Shown piece by piece: positions 26,511 to 38,991 of a stretch of 58,030 nucleotides of DNA. The notes below the pieces were generated by a model. It did not search any database. It saw nothing but the letters and a program-made list of their open reading frames with translations, and was not told the DNA's origin. Source of the DNA: Hydrolagus affinis (lineage: Eukaryota); assembly GCA_012026655.1 (NCBI GenBank), contig JAAILG010002096.1:1-58030 (forward strand). The letters run 5' to 3'. The stretch's first letter is position 1. Each line of letters starts with the position of its first letter. A program made the position numbers and the translations under genes.

Positions 26511-28589
26511 TTACAAAATACCCCAAAAAGGTGTGTTATCTAAAAGCTTACAAATGAAAAAAAAATCAGCTATAATAACTTTATAGTGATGAAAATTTTA
26601 AGTGTTCCAGCGAATGGGGGCTTGTCAACCCAGTATGTCGATGTGACTGCTACCTATTTTGCTAAGATAATCCTCTCATTTATCCTATTCTCCAGCTCTT
26701 TCCCTGTATCCCTGTAGATAGAAACAGGTGGAAACTACAATATTGAACGCCTACATGGGTTAAGGTGATTAAACGAGGTAAGAATAGCTTCAGTATTTGC
26801 GACAGCAAGTTCACTTGCTGATGAGCCCTGAGCATATATAACTGCTAATGTCTAGAATTCATTAGTTTTAATATCCTCTATATTTGGAGTTCTGCAGCAA
26901 TTTAATTTGTTTTTCTCTCCTTAAAATTGGATGAAACTGAAAGAAGTGTGTAGTAATTATCACAAAGTGCATTATTGACTGAAAATGGATAGTGAGACTG
27001 GACCACAAGGGGAACAATAAGTGTACCTGACTTGGATTTATTTTAGAAAATGTATAGTAAATGTACATTTGTGTTTTTTTAAATTAAAATAACATTAAAG
27101 TGAAGATCCAACACAAACACTGCTAAGACCCGGTATATTGTTGAATATGCAGAACCCTTGGTGGAAATAGGTTACAGTATTAAAAGGGCATTGTCAGCAA
27201 TTTCAGGCTTGCAAGAAACAAATTACTCGCAATGATGGTCTGAATGTTAAGGAAGGTGGTGAAGGTTGAATATACTGTGATATGTGCAATCTCAATAAAA
27301 AAAAATCCTTACATTTGACAAAGCACCTTCCAAGTCGGGAGGATGTCCCAATGCGCTTCACAGGATTTACTGCAAAGTGCAGTGACTGTGCGTTTTGGGG
27401 CTGAACGTCCACAATATAGTCAAGTACTTTAGAAATGTCTTAATAGTTCACTTCCAATGACGGATACTAGATGCCACTGATTTAAATACTCTCCACTGTG
27501 CGCTATTTAGGTGCAGCAATCTCTGACTTGTAAACAAATTGCTTCTTAACTGTTCTCTTTATAGCTTGTCACCCCAGCTAAATATGCAGAATTTTAGGAA
27601 TTAAAATGTACTTATTTTAATTTTACTCTAAGTAATTCAACTTTAGAAAGACACAGGTTAACCAAAAAATATTGTTTCAATTCGACGCTATTAATCAATG
27701 ACGTCCAATTTTGTCATTGCTATTCCTTTTCTCTCATTTGCTTTCCAAGTTATTTTTCTTTCTGTGAACCAGGGCAGATCAAATATAATTTATTTTTTCC
27801 TTTACATGACTGGGTGGCATTTGGACTTTTTATTTACTTTCTCTCTTCCACATAACAATTTACAACACTTAATTGTAATTTTTTTTAATAAAATGTAAAT
27901 CCTGAACTGACAAGTGTGAATTGTCATTTTAGAACCCAATAACAATTTAAAAAGGTCAAGTAACAGCGAGATAATGTTTCCGCTGTTTATCAACAGATAA
28001 ATAATTGGTGGTAAAGCCACACATGCATTTTTGTGCCTTAAATTTAGAAAGTGTAATTGTTCAGCAATCAGTACCAGGGTTGGAAAGTGCGCTCTAAAAT
28101 CCTTGCTGAGGAATTAAGATAGTAAACTGAAGTTGGAAGCCAATTATGGCACTGAAGGCCCAATTATTGCTGTGACTATCTGAGCATGCAGTATTTAATC
28201 ATGCTCTGAGTACCCAGTAAGTTGACAAACTGTGTGCAGAGTGATTGCTTTTGACCCATTGCTTGGGAGGTGGCTTTGATGCAATAGTGACAACTGTTGT
28301 GTTGATAGAGGTGGAGAGGAATACATGGGAGGCAAGGCTCCATTTGCAGAAGTATCTCTGAGGGAGACTGCATCCAACTGAGTGGGGGTCTACAGGCATA
28401 GTCTTTTCCAATGCAGCTATGGCATAGTGGCAGAAACTTGAAAATGCTTTCAGTAATACTGATCAATAATATGAACCAATAAATTGTACTGAATCATTGA
28501 TGTGCAGTGACAGCTTTTTTTCCCCCAGTGCCAACTGCAGAACTGTAGCTTGCCTATTTAGTGTTGGTACACTGATGATTCTCATCAGG

Positions 28590-28912
28590 TTCACTTGGTA
28601 ACTTTCTCGCCTCCGTGGCAGAAGGTTGCGCTTTCAAGCCCCATGACGTGTCTGTCATTCAACTAAGATCCATTAAATATCTTATGCCATTATTTGAAAG
28701 ACGAAGGAAGTTTCTCCTAGTGTCTTGGCCAATAATTCTCTCAATAAAACTGCTCATTCACTTCATGGCCGTTTGTGGGATATTGATGTGTGCAAATTGG
28801 CTGCCACATTTGATACAAAATACACAGTGACCATGCTTTACAGTAAACCCTGTGAAGCGCTTTGAGAAATCCTCCTAATGTGAAAGGCGTTCTATCAAAT
28901 GCAAGGATTTTT
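28590..28912 (+). mobile_element. SacSINE1-like SINE with internal deletion
   Basis: Head ctcgcctccgtggcagaaggttgcgctttcaagccc, body gtgtgcaaattggctgcc, tail atcaaatgcaaggatt. Confidence 0.75.
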
Positions 28913-29557
28913 ATATAACAGTGAAGTTCATCATTTGCACATTAACTTCCATATCATGTGCCATGCAAGAAATTCCTACCTTAGTGTGTATTTCAGTCCC
29001 GTGAACATAGTTACTGTATTACTTTACAAATCATCAGAAATTGCTGAATAAGTGTATTCAACATTTTTTATTATTATGTTGATAAATCACCAAAGTATAT
29101 GGGTGTTTTTACTACACAAAAAGAAAATAGTATCAAAAGACAAGGAAGAACTATCTTTGTGGGACTCGCGCTTGACATATTAATTTTATTGCACAATAAA
29201 CAAAAGAATTTTAATTTTATTGTGGTATAAAATATGGGGAGATAACTCCATATTTTGTTGAGTCTGTTATGGGTTTTATTGCTCTTTCTGCCTCAGGACA
29301 CAGTTCCTGTGATAGTTGTTTCACTCGCAGTCTTCTGGGAAAGCTGTCTGTTCCACTGTAAGCTGCTTCAGCATTTCAGTGTGTTGTTTACTGTTAAAAT
29401 ACGGCAACGGTTGTAATTTCTTTATAGGAAAACAGAGGATGTCAAATTGTTGGTTGAGAAAAGTTGACGTTTAAAAGTGTGAGACTACAACTTCGGCACT
29501 CCGCTACTGAATGCTATGGTCACCTTCCCCCCTCCCCCGCCTCATTGTTGTACTCTG

Positions 29558-29798
29558 CCACTGTCAAGTGTTCTGGGACACTACGCTGAATGTGGGGCAC
29601 TTTACATGTGTAAGTTGTTGTTGTTGAATGTTTCAACCTTTTCAATAGTAAGGTTGGCTGTATTTTGTTTATAATATATACAATCACTATAATTTGCAGT
29701 AAATCCTGCAAAGCACTTCCTGACCCATGACTGTTCAGCGCCTTGTGACGTCCTCCCGGCATGAAAGGTGTTCTACAAATGTGATTTTGTTGTTGTTG
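29558..29798 (+). mobile_element. Two L2 3'-tail fragments (29558-29626, 29728-29798)
   Basis: Both end in (ttg)n and match the L2 tail stem region. Confidence 0.7.
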
Positions 29799-32484
29799 CA
29801 ACATCCTCCTGACTTTAAATGCTAGATCATGACTATATCAAACTGCCAGGTGTTTGATATTCCTCCTAGAAAACCAACACCAGCGACATTAAGCAAATCG
29901 AGAATTCCAATTATACATTGAAACTTACGTTTGACTGGAATGAAGCAATACCCTCTCTCCCTCTCCCCAGAAGGACTTATCCAGCTTATATATATTGCCA
30001 GAAAGTATTTAATACTTGAAGGCTTACTATTTAAGTCTTGAAGACCCCAGTTTGCATCATTGAGGTACAGGTGGCATCTCACCAGTTGAAACCACTCAAT
30101 TTGCCATTACAAATACAAGCTTCCCACTGCCGTCCCCTGAATTCCACGTATTTAAGCTATGAACAGCTTCTACTTTACAGGAGTTACATTTTCAGCCGAT
30201 AGCAAAAGATGCAATTGATTAAAATTCATCACTTAGTATCAATGCTGTCTGCTGAATCCCTTCAGAGGTCCATCGTCTTCAGGAAGAGATAGCCAAGAGC
30301 ACCAATGCCTAATAACTTTTGCTCTTTGATACCACAATAAAAGTGATGGCTCTCTAAGGTGCTCATAGACTGACTGAAATGCTGGTGCAGTATATAACTT
30401 TAGACAGAGTTTACAATAAATGTATGCTTACATATGGGTAGGATGAGCAATAAGACTGAGGCCCACGACATCGCCACAAATCATGCAGTTTGTGGATACC
30501 TTGCAAACTCAACTCCTCACATTGAATTATAACTTTATGTTCGCTATCCCACATCGATCCTGCCATGCAAAGCCTCAAACTAAAAAGCTGTGTCAATGAC
30601 AGGCAAAGGTAATTCCAAAGTTACACTGTTAAAAGAGTGAGACAGTAGTAACATGTCATCAATGTAGAATTGGATTCCCATGTGATTCACACAAGGGATT
30701 AAACAACGAAAAGCCCCAAAGGGCAGAGTTACCTCATTGCAAAAATCTTTCAGTGTACACAGGAGTGGATAGGCAACGGAGTAATCCTCTGTTTCATTTC
30801 GTCTCCTGCCATGTTACATTTATTATTATGATTGTAGTAAGTGCCAAGATGCCGCAGTTTAAATATCAAAGCATTTACAATTCTCACTGCGGGTGTGCAG
30901 ACTCCCAAAATTCAATATGCAAACTCTTAGGTGTAGCATGTACATATGTTTGATGCAATCCTGGCATATTGATTTTTCATATTCAAGTCTTGAGGACAAC
31001 TCTGGAACAATACTTAAACCTCCAAAGGGAGCCCCTCAAAAACTGTATATAACTGTTCTAGATTTTCATTGTTTAGTGCCCGATCAGGAGAAGCAATGAG
31101 GATAGTGAACTGAATGTAGAAAATCAAATATGAATTTATTGCTCATCAGTTTTTTGCCAGTCTGAAAAAGCAACCTTCTTATTTTCTGTATGCAACGCAT
31201 TCCACGCTTCCCCCCACCAACCCGACCCCTACACCCACCCCCCCAAAATTCAACTTGATTTTAAAATGGACTTCAGCTTTTCCGTAAACTTCAATCTTTC
31301 TAATGACAGCATTATAATTGTAGATGAGCCTATGCCTCACATATCCTTTCCTCTGCTGGGAGTTGCGTTAACGAATTAATAGATGAAATATAAGCTGTGG
31401 CTTGTAATCCTTTTTCTATGAAACACCAAAGAACTATATATTATTCTCAGGGTACAGAAGGATTTCATTAGCTCCCAATAGGTCAAATGGTTATCAGTTT
31501 AATAAATATAGATCTTGTGGTGAGTGTATTAGACAACAAAAAGTGAAGAGAAAAATTCCTTCTGTCTGCAAGTGGAACAGAGTTCAATTTATAGCATTTT
31601 GTTAACACATTATTCATAATTGCATGTTTTACATCTTGTAAACTATCCAGTAAACCAAAGCAATGCATAATTTATTGTCGCACCTCCACCAAAGTTACAT
31701 TTTATAGCATAATAGCTGACTATTGAAGCAACCGTTTAATCATCTACGGATTCTGACAATTAAAACAATCCTTTGAATAATTGATGACTCCCAGGCAGAA
31801 TGCTGGGCCTTAAACAGAAATAAACCTTTTCCAAGTGGGGTTATGTTAGTGAAGTTCTCTGTCTTTGAATCACCTACCTGTGTGACATGCAGAGCTCAGT
31901 GACAGACACATTAAAACGCCATTAAACTGTGAAATAGAAAACAGCTTGAGAATAGGTTCAACCTTCACAGCTTATTGATTTTTCTTTCCGTGCTTGATTT
32001 CTTGGACAACTGTTTTATAATAGGTTTTACTTATTTTCCTGTTGCTTTCCAACTTCATCAGAAGCTGCTGTTATTTCTAAGAGCTATTGACAGTCTGAGC
32101 AAGCTGTTTCTCCACAATCGTTCAGCTTAGGAATGTTTTTGCCAGTGATTCAGTAAACAGGAACCAGTTTCCTGAAACTGTGGAATTACTTTTTGTGTCA
32201 GTCACAGTAGGACTTGGAAATCTCTTTCTTTTGAAAACGCGCATTAACTCTTTTAGGACCGAAGCAGCAATTCAGTCTGCATTGTATTTTTGTGACTATC
32301 TTTTAATTGATTTAAAATGTATAGGTACCTTACTTCTAATCACTGCAAAATAAATGTTTCAAAATTATCATTTTGCATTCAGTGCAATTTATCAGTTCCA
32401 TTCCATTACAAGAACATAAGAGTTTGTTAGATGAAAGAAACCAAACTACAGTATATACTATATCCCAAAATATTATTATAAGAA

Positions 32485-32665
32485 TAATTATAATAATCCT
32501 TGCATTTGATATAGCGCTTTTCACGTCTTCTAGACAGACGTCTCAAAGCGTTTCACAGAATATACTGTAAAGTGAATTGACTGTATATTTGTGGGTGAAA
32601 CGCGGCAGCCAATTGCACACTGCAGTGTCCCACAAACAGTTGTGAATTGAAATGACCAATTTTAA
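32485..32665 (-). mobile_element. Young SINE, 3' half
   Basis: Near-identical to the reverse complement of 40601-40771. Confidence 0.9.
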
Positions 32666-33064
32666 TACAGTATCTTCATAGGAAGGAACAGAAGAACCTT
32701 GTTCATTTTCTACTCCACGTTTGCCTGAGTCCCAGGGCCAAAACAACAGAGCAGGAACTTGTGTTCTTTCTGAACGTCTGGACATCTGCCGAGTGAAAGC
32801 CCTGTACCCTGTGTCTCGCTTTGTACTACTGCCATCCAGGGATTAAACAGCTGCTTTATCTCTGAGCCTCGCTGTTGAAACAGGTGGGAGGAAAAAAATA
32901 TATATACCTGTATATATACTGAAAGTAAAGAGTCCATTAATAGACAAATCTCTTCCCCTCCCACTCCCCTCCCCCACCCACTCCCCTCCCCCTCATCCCC
33001 CCAGAACAAATCTTTTTTTATAAAAAAAATTGAATCAGTGAAACTCTTTTCTTTATCCGCATCT

Positions 33065-33180
33065 GACTGACTCCACCCCCCTGGGCCGCCGGGACGGGAG
33101 GCCCGCGGCCATGGGAGTGAAGACGACTAACTCCACCCCACTGAGGCGGCCGGAATGGGAGGCCCACAGCCAGGGGGTAC
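33065..33180. repeat. GC-rich 60-bp tandem dimer with hairpin potential
   Basis: gactgactccacccccctgggccgccgggacgggaggcccgcggcc (33065) and gactaactccaccccactgaggcggccggaatgggaggcccacagcc (33125). Confidence 0.8.
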
Positions 33181-35770
33181 AACTCATTTGGGTAAATGAA
33201 CTCAACCAACCTTCACGCAGGTACTCTACATTCCCGAACTCCAAACAACTTCACTCTCTCAGCTCAAACTGCTGTAACAGAAATAATTAAACCTCATCTT
33301 ACAGTGCCTACTAGAGTAGAAAACCTCAATGTCTGTGTTCCTACATTCCGTGCTCACCAATTCTATCATCATTCTGTGAGCTACACATTAATCTAACAAC
33401 ATCTCCCTCGTCCTGCCCCATCAAACCTCAGCCTCTGTTCCTAACAACTTCCCGTCTCGGCCTACAATGTGATCCAGAGATTGGCTCATATGTGTTTGGA
33501 TGTCGAACATCCTGCATGGAATCCACATTGTGTTGCCCAACCTCTGGAGTGTGTAAAAAAAATGCCAAAGAGAGAGAAAAAGTGTAATAGCTTTAGTTGC
33601 CACCGTAAGGTTTCCACTATTACACTTACCTGATGTTCCATGAATCCCGAGGTGCTGGAGCAGTGGTTCCCAACCTGTTTTTGCTGCTACCCAAATTAAC
33701 CACCAGCAGGTCCTCCCACCCCTAGGGAGTGATATCACAATTGAAGCTCAGCCAAAATGTTATCTCTGTCTCTTTTGTGCACTAAGCGCAACTCATAAGT
33801 ACGCTCTTTATACAAATTGGTTGGCAGTGTCGCCTCAGGAGCTTTTAAACATTTTTTAATGCATTATAAAAGCATTTTCAACATTAAAAAAAAAGCAACA
33901 ACAAAAAATTCTGATGACCCTTCGCGACCCTGATTTGGGTCGGGACCAGAGGTTGGGAACCACTGTGCTGGAAACTGAGCAAAAGAAAAATGGCGTGAGT
34001 TTCAGTCGTCAATGTACTATTCCAACCAGCACAGACTTACCTTCGGTTTATGGCTGAGGTAAAGCCCAGAGGTGAACAAGGTCGCAGGCATGGACAGGCT
34101 CCAGATCAACTTCTGAATAACTGAGGAGATCCCAGCCAAGCAAGAACCGACAGCAAGGAACCTCCTCGTCAAACCTGCAAATGATGAAACTGTGTGAGAA
34201 AAATCGTCCATAAATACAACAAATTGTATTGTCTCACAAAGATCAGTCAAACAATCAACAACGATCGACCCCACAGGACTCCCATTACCCAAGGTTCAAA
34301 TTCTTTCCCTTCACCACCTCAGAGAAACACCATTGTATGTGATTTACAGTCCACCCAAACGACAATTGCAGACTTTCAGCCCTGAACTGACTCAATCACT
34401 CACTCAAGGCAAGGGCCAGAACCAACTCAGCCAAGTTAACAATTCAGCCAAATCAACAACCCCAACCATGATCCTATCTCCACTTAAACTGCTTCGACCA
34501 CTGCGCTAACCCAGTCTGTATAAGAACTGACTCGTGGCAGCTACGTTGATCCTGCCCCAGCAGAGACAGACTTTCGGCAGCTACACATTGCCAGTCGCTA
34601 GCAAACCAGCCGTGCAAACAGCTCTGGCCCTGGTGGCGACTGACCGGAACTGTACTGAGCCAGGCCTGACAGACTCTAACCCTCCACAACTGCCCATGTC
34701 CGACCTCGGCAATCAGACACCAACTCTGCCCCTGCACTGAACAAACTAGCTAGCGCTTGACCACTGGCCCTGACAGAAACTGACTCTCAGCCACCAAACT
34801 GAGCCAACATTCGCAGACACCCTCTCTAGGCAAATAAACTCAATCAATCTTCACACAGCTACTCTACATTCTCCAAGTACTCCAATTTTCTCTCTTATCT
34901 CTGCTTAAACTAATGCAACAAATTATTAAATCTTATTTTACATCGTGTAACTATAGTGCCTAACCTCAATCTCCGTGTTGCTACATTCTGTGTTCATCAA
35001 TTCTATCCTCAATCTGACCTGTGAGCTCTACATTAACCTAACAACATCTCCCTGGTCCCCAGCAAACCGCAGCCTCTGTTGCTAAGAACTTCCCCTCTTG
35101 ACCTACAATGTGATCCAGAGATTGGCTCATATGTGTTCGGATGTCGGACATCTTGCATGGAGTCACATAGTCTTGCCAACCTCCGGAGTGCAGAAAGGTG
35201 CCAAAGAGAGAGAGAGAGAGAGAGAAAGAGTGTAATAGCTTTAGTTGGCACCGTGACATTTCCATTATTACACTCTCCTGATGTTCCACGAATCCCAAGG
35301 TGCTAGAGCCACAGCAAAAGAAAAACGGCGCGAGTTTCAGACGTACCTTCGGCTAACAGCTGAGGTAAAGCCCAGAGGTGAACAAGGTCGCTCGCAGGCA
35401 CGGATGGGCTCCAGGTAATCTTTGGAATAACCAAGGAGATCCCAGCCAAGCATAAAAGGCCAAAAGGAGCCAACTCGTCAAACCTCAGAATGATGAAACA
35501 GTGTGTGAGAAATTCATCCATAAATACAACAAATTGTACCATCTCACTCACAAAGAGCAGTCAACCCAACAACTAAACCAACTCAGCCCTGAATCCAATC
35601 AACTGAAACAAAACCAACTCAACAACTAAAGCAACTCAGCCCTCAACCAACACTGACAGAAATTGAGTCTTGGCAGCTACACAATGCCAGTTGCTAACAG
35701 ACTGATTTTGTGACCTGATTCAAAGCAGCCCTGACAGAAACCAACTCTCAGCCCTGAACAAACTCATTCC
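33180..35770 (+). repeat. Diverged head-to-tail dimer of a ~1-1.3 kb unit, each copy with a PPT + TG...CA LTR-like module
   Basis: Unit 1 ~33180-34820 and unit 2 ~34820-35770 share collinear blocks such as cctacaatgtgatccagagattggctcatatgtgtt, tgtaatagctttagttg, gctgaggtaaagcccagaggtgaacaaggtcgc, ccataaatacaacaaattgta and ggcagctacaca. Confidence 0.85.
33661..33965. mobile_element. hAT (Charlie-type) MITE, 305 bp
   Basis: Perfect 16-bp TIR CAGTGGTTCCCAACCT; 8-bp TSD tgctggag/tgctggaa; empty site (gtgctagag) in the sister repeat at ~35300. Confidence 0.93.
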
Positions 35771-36298
35771 CATGAGGTCCAATTCAAGGTCCTGTTTCCA
35801 TGCATCTGACATCAATCAGGATCCATCATGTCATTTATGCCCCCATTAACTAGTTTAGATAATTGGCTGACTATATATTGAATAGTTTGGAGGGTTAGCC
35901 TGGTTTGAGTCCTTTTTTTAATATACTGTATTAAGGGATGTGGGGCTAGGGTGGGTAAGTGAAATTAAGATAGAAGTTTGAGTTTATCTGTGGCTAACTA
36001 GAGCAGTTAGGGAAAGTATAAAACTAAATGAAAAGGCCTATAAAACTGCCAAAAAGAGCAGCAAACCTGAGGAGTGGGAGTGTTTTAGGGACCAACAAAG
36101 AAAAACAAAAAAGCTCATTAAGAGTGAGAAAATGGATGATGAGGGCAAGCTAGCTAGAAACATTAAGTCAGATTGCAATAGTTTTTATAAATACATTAAG
36201 AGGAATAGACTAGCAAAAGTAAATGTGGGTCCATTACAGGCAGAGAAAAAAGGCATTATAATGGAGGATAAAGATACGGCAGAGTCCCTAAATAAATA

Positions 36299-36656
36299 CA
36301 GTAGAAGCCAGTTTATCCGGCACGCTCGGGGGGGGGTCGACTAATTGACTGCCGGATAATCGGGCGGCAAGTTGCCAAAAACCCAACACAAAATAAACTT
36401 ATTTTAAAACATCCTATATTGATAATATACTAAATAGTAACAGAATATTGTATAGCTACTTACCAATAAAGATTTCAGCACACTTGGTTAAAAAATCGGT
36501 AGAAAAGCATTTTTTACCGATCAACCTCCAAGTTCGTAAGTTTAATAAGTGCGCATGCACGTAAGCAAACTCGCGATTGCTGGAATGGGGAATTGCCCCA
36601 GGAGGGGATTGAGCAATCCGGTTAATCGGGTCACGGATAAACGATAAATTCTACTG
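36299..36656. mobile_element. Tc1/mariner-superfamily (Tigger/pogo-like) MITE, 358 bp, inserted in CR1
   Basis: TA|CAGTAGAA...TTCTACTG|TA with TA TSD; removing it restores CR1 codons aat aaa tac ttt gtt tct (NKYFVS). Confidence 0.9.
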
Positions 36657-36884
36657 TACTTTGTTTCTGTCGACACGTTAGAAGACACAAAAAGTTTACT
36701 GAAAATAGAGATGAACCAAGAGGCTAATGATAGGGACCAATTTAGGGAAATTTACATTAGCAAGGAATTGGTGCTAGAGAAATTGTTGTCATTAAAAAGT
36801 GACAAGTCCCCTGGACCTGATGGTTTGCATCCTAGGGTTTTTAAAAGAGGTGGCTCATGAGATAGTGAAGGCCTTGTGTCTGAT

Positions 36885-37021
36885 AAGAACATAAGAATTA
36901 GGAGCAGCAGTAGGCTATTTGGCCCCTCGAGCCTGCCCCGCCATTCAATAAGATCATGGCTCATCTTCTATTCTAACTCCACCTAATAATAACTCCACGC
37001 CTTATTCCCATATCCCTTAAT
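36885..37021 (-). mobile_element. CR1 3' tail inserted antisense inside the CR1 ORF2 fragment
   Basis: aagaacataagaa...gccattcaataagatcatggct...cccatatccctta is the reverse of the tail at ~49300-49434; removal restores gcc ttg tgt ctg atc ttc caa aat (ALCLIFQN). Confidence 0.88.
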
Positions 37022-37484
37022 CTTCCAAAATTCTTTGAATTCTGGAATGGTCCCCATTGATTGGAAGATCGCAAATGTCACACCACTATTTAAGAAGGGT
37101 GGGAGAGAAAAGATGGGAAATTATAGACCAGTTGGTCTGACATCGGTGGTAGGGAAAATTTGAGAATCCTTAATTAAGGATGTCGCAGTGGGGTACTTAG
37201 ATGACTACAATATGATTAGGCAGATTCAACATGGCTTTACAAAAGGGAAGTCATGCTCAATAAATCTTTTAGATTTTTTTTGAGGACATATTAAGTAGAT
37301 TAGATAAAGGGGAATTAGTAGATAGAGTGTATTTACTTTGACTTTATTCCTGGTAAAAAAAAACTGCTCATGATTTAGGACTGGTGTTTATGCTAAGTGA
37401 CTGCAACCTATTTCTCAAGTTATTCTGTTCATGTTCTGTGAATTCCAATGGCTTTGGCACTCAGCTGAATTCTAATGGCTTTTG

Positions 37485-37810
37485 TGAAGCTCCTGTAGCT
37501 CAATGGTTAGAGCACTCGCCTTAGAGACCTGTGTTTGATTCCAGGCAGGTCGGGGTGAAACCTTGGGCAAGTTTCCTTACTCCACACACACACACGCCTA
37601 ATAATAATAATCCCTCAAAAAAAGCAACAATAAATTGGTTATTTCAATCCATGACTGTTTGTGGGGGACGCTGCTGTGCGCAATTGGCTGCTGCATTTCG
37701 CCTACAAATATATAGTCAATTCACTTTACACTATGTTCTGTGAAGCACTTTGAGACACAGTCTAGAAGATGTGAAAAGCTGCTATATCAAATGCAAGGAT
37801 ACTTATTATT
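37485..37810 (+). mobile_element. Young tRNA-derived SINE, full length
   Basis: gctcctgtagctcaatggttagagcac head through to the aatgcaaggatacttattatt tail. Confidence 0.9.
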
Positions 37811-38231
37811 TGGAAAATTGTGACAATAGATCAGATTTAGGAATTGTTCTATTATATGTATTAACACATTCTGTTGGACTACATTTCTAGCGCAGTCGAG
37901 CCTTCATCTGTGTCCACTTTTCACAGAAAGATCCGACCAAAATAAGAGCCTTGATTTGCTGCTATTTGTTCAGGCGTTGCCTTGATCCAAATATAATTGA
38001 GTTCAATCAAGGGGTGGACGATGGGGGGGTGGGGAAGTGGATGGATGGCCGAACGAACGGACGGAAGGACACATGTGTTTGCAATCTAAGCAATTGTCAA
38101 TCTCTTATTTTTATGGAGCATTGTTACCATCTGGCATAACAAGCTTGGAGGGACAAGACTGCAGCAAAAATAACATTCGGAAGAAACCCTTATTGACGGG
38201 GATAATAAGATGATGATGCATCCAGTGATTG

Positions 38232-38297
38232 TTTATATTAGAGCTAGGTATCATCTATATTAGAGTCAGATATCATTTATGTTAGAGTTAGACATAG
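38232..38297. repeat. 22-bp minisatellite, three copies
   Basis: tttatattagagctaggtatca / tctatattagagtcagatatca / tttatgttagagttagacatag. Confidence 0.8.
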
Positions 38298-38340
38298 TTT
38301 GGATCCAGTGTGAGGAAGGTTTACAACTGAAATCTAGCAT

Positions 38341-38690
38341 CATAGAATCATAGAATCTTACGGCACAAAAGGAGGGCCATTCGGCCCATCGAGTCTGTGC
38401 CGGCTCTTTAAAAAGAGCTATTTAATCCCACTCCCAGCTCTCTTCCAATAACTGCGCAAACCCGTCCTCCCCAAGTAAATGTCTACCTCTCTTTTAGAAG
38501 TTGTTATCGAATCGGCCTCCATCACCTTTTCAGGCAATGCATTCCAGATTCGAACAACTCACTGAGTGAAAAGATTTCTCCTCACCTCCCCTCTGCTTCT
38601 TTTTGAAACTATTTTAAATCTGTGACCACAAATCACCGATACACCCACCAGTGGAAACAGTTTTTCCCTGTTTACTCTGTCGAATCCACT
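38341..38690 (-). mobile_element. CR1 LINE 3' end (second subfamily, (attctatg)n tail)
   Basis: catagaatcatagaat tail, ggccattcggcccatc stem and a reverse ORF2 end (ttcactcagtgagttgttcgaatctggaatgcattgcctg). Confidence 0.85.
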
Positions 38691-38991
38691 CAGGTGGGCT
38701 ATAAATACTGTTACAGGTATCTAATCGCCCCTCCATTGCTGCCATCTTTTCAGACAAATAACTTGGTGGATTTGACTTGTGTCTTAGTGAATGCTCCACA
38801 GTACCTTTTTTAACTCTTCCAAGATAAATCAGATTAAAATGCTCCCAGCTCCCCACCTTCTCCTTCTCCAGGAATTAATCGATATCTTATCATGCGATAC
38901 AGCTACTGTACAATAAACCACTTTGGTTACAGTATCTGGCTTCCGACGACAAGTCACTATCAGCAGGGAATAAAATCGGCAAAAAATACTC

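Larger units (their letters stand above)
35989..37330 (+). mobile_element. CR1 LINE ORF2 internal fragment (degenerate), with two nested insertions
   Basis: WLTRAVRESIK...FYKYIKR...AESLNKY|FVSV...KSPGPDGLHPRV...IFQNSLNSGMVPIDWKIANVTPLFKKG...NYRPVGLTSVVGK...QHGFTKGKSC; contains stops and frameshifts. Confidence 0.93.

Noticed and set aside
33421-35298. Paralogous peptides THMSQSLDHIVG in both repeat units as duplicated exons
   Set aside because: Similarity is explained by nucleotide identity of the repeat; flanking frames are not preserved.
33180-35770. Retrozyme (hammerhead-bearing repeats)
   Set aside because: No CUGANGA...GAAA core with flanking stems found by eye on either strand; an Infernal scan would be decisive.
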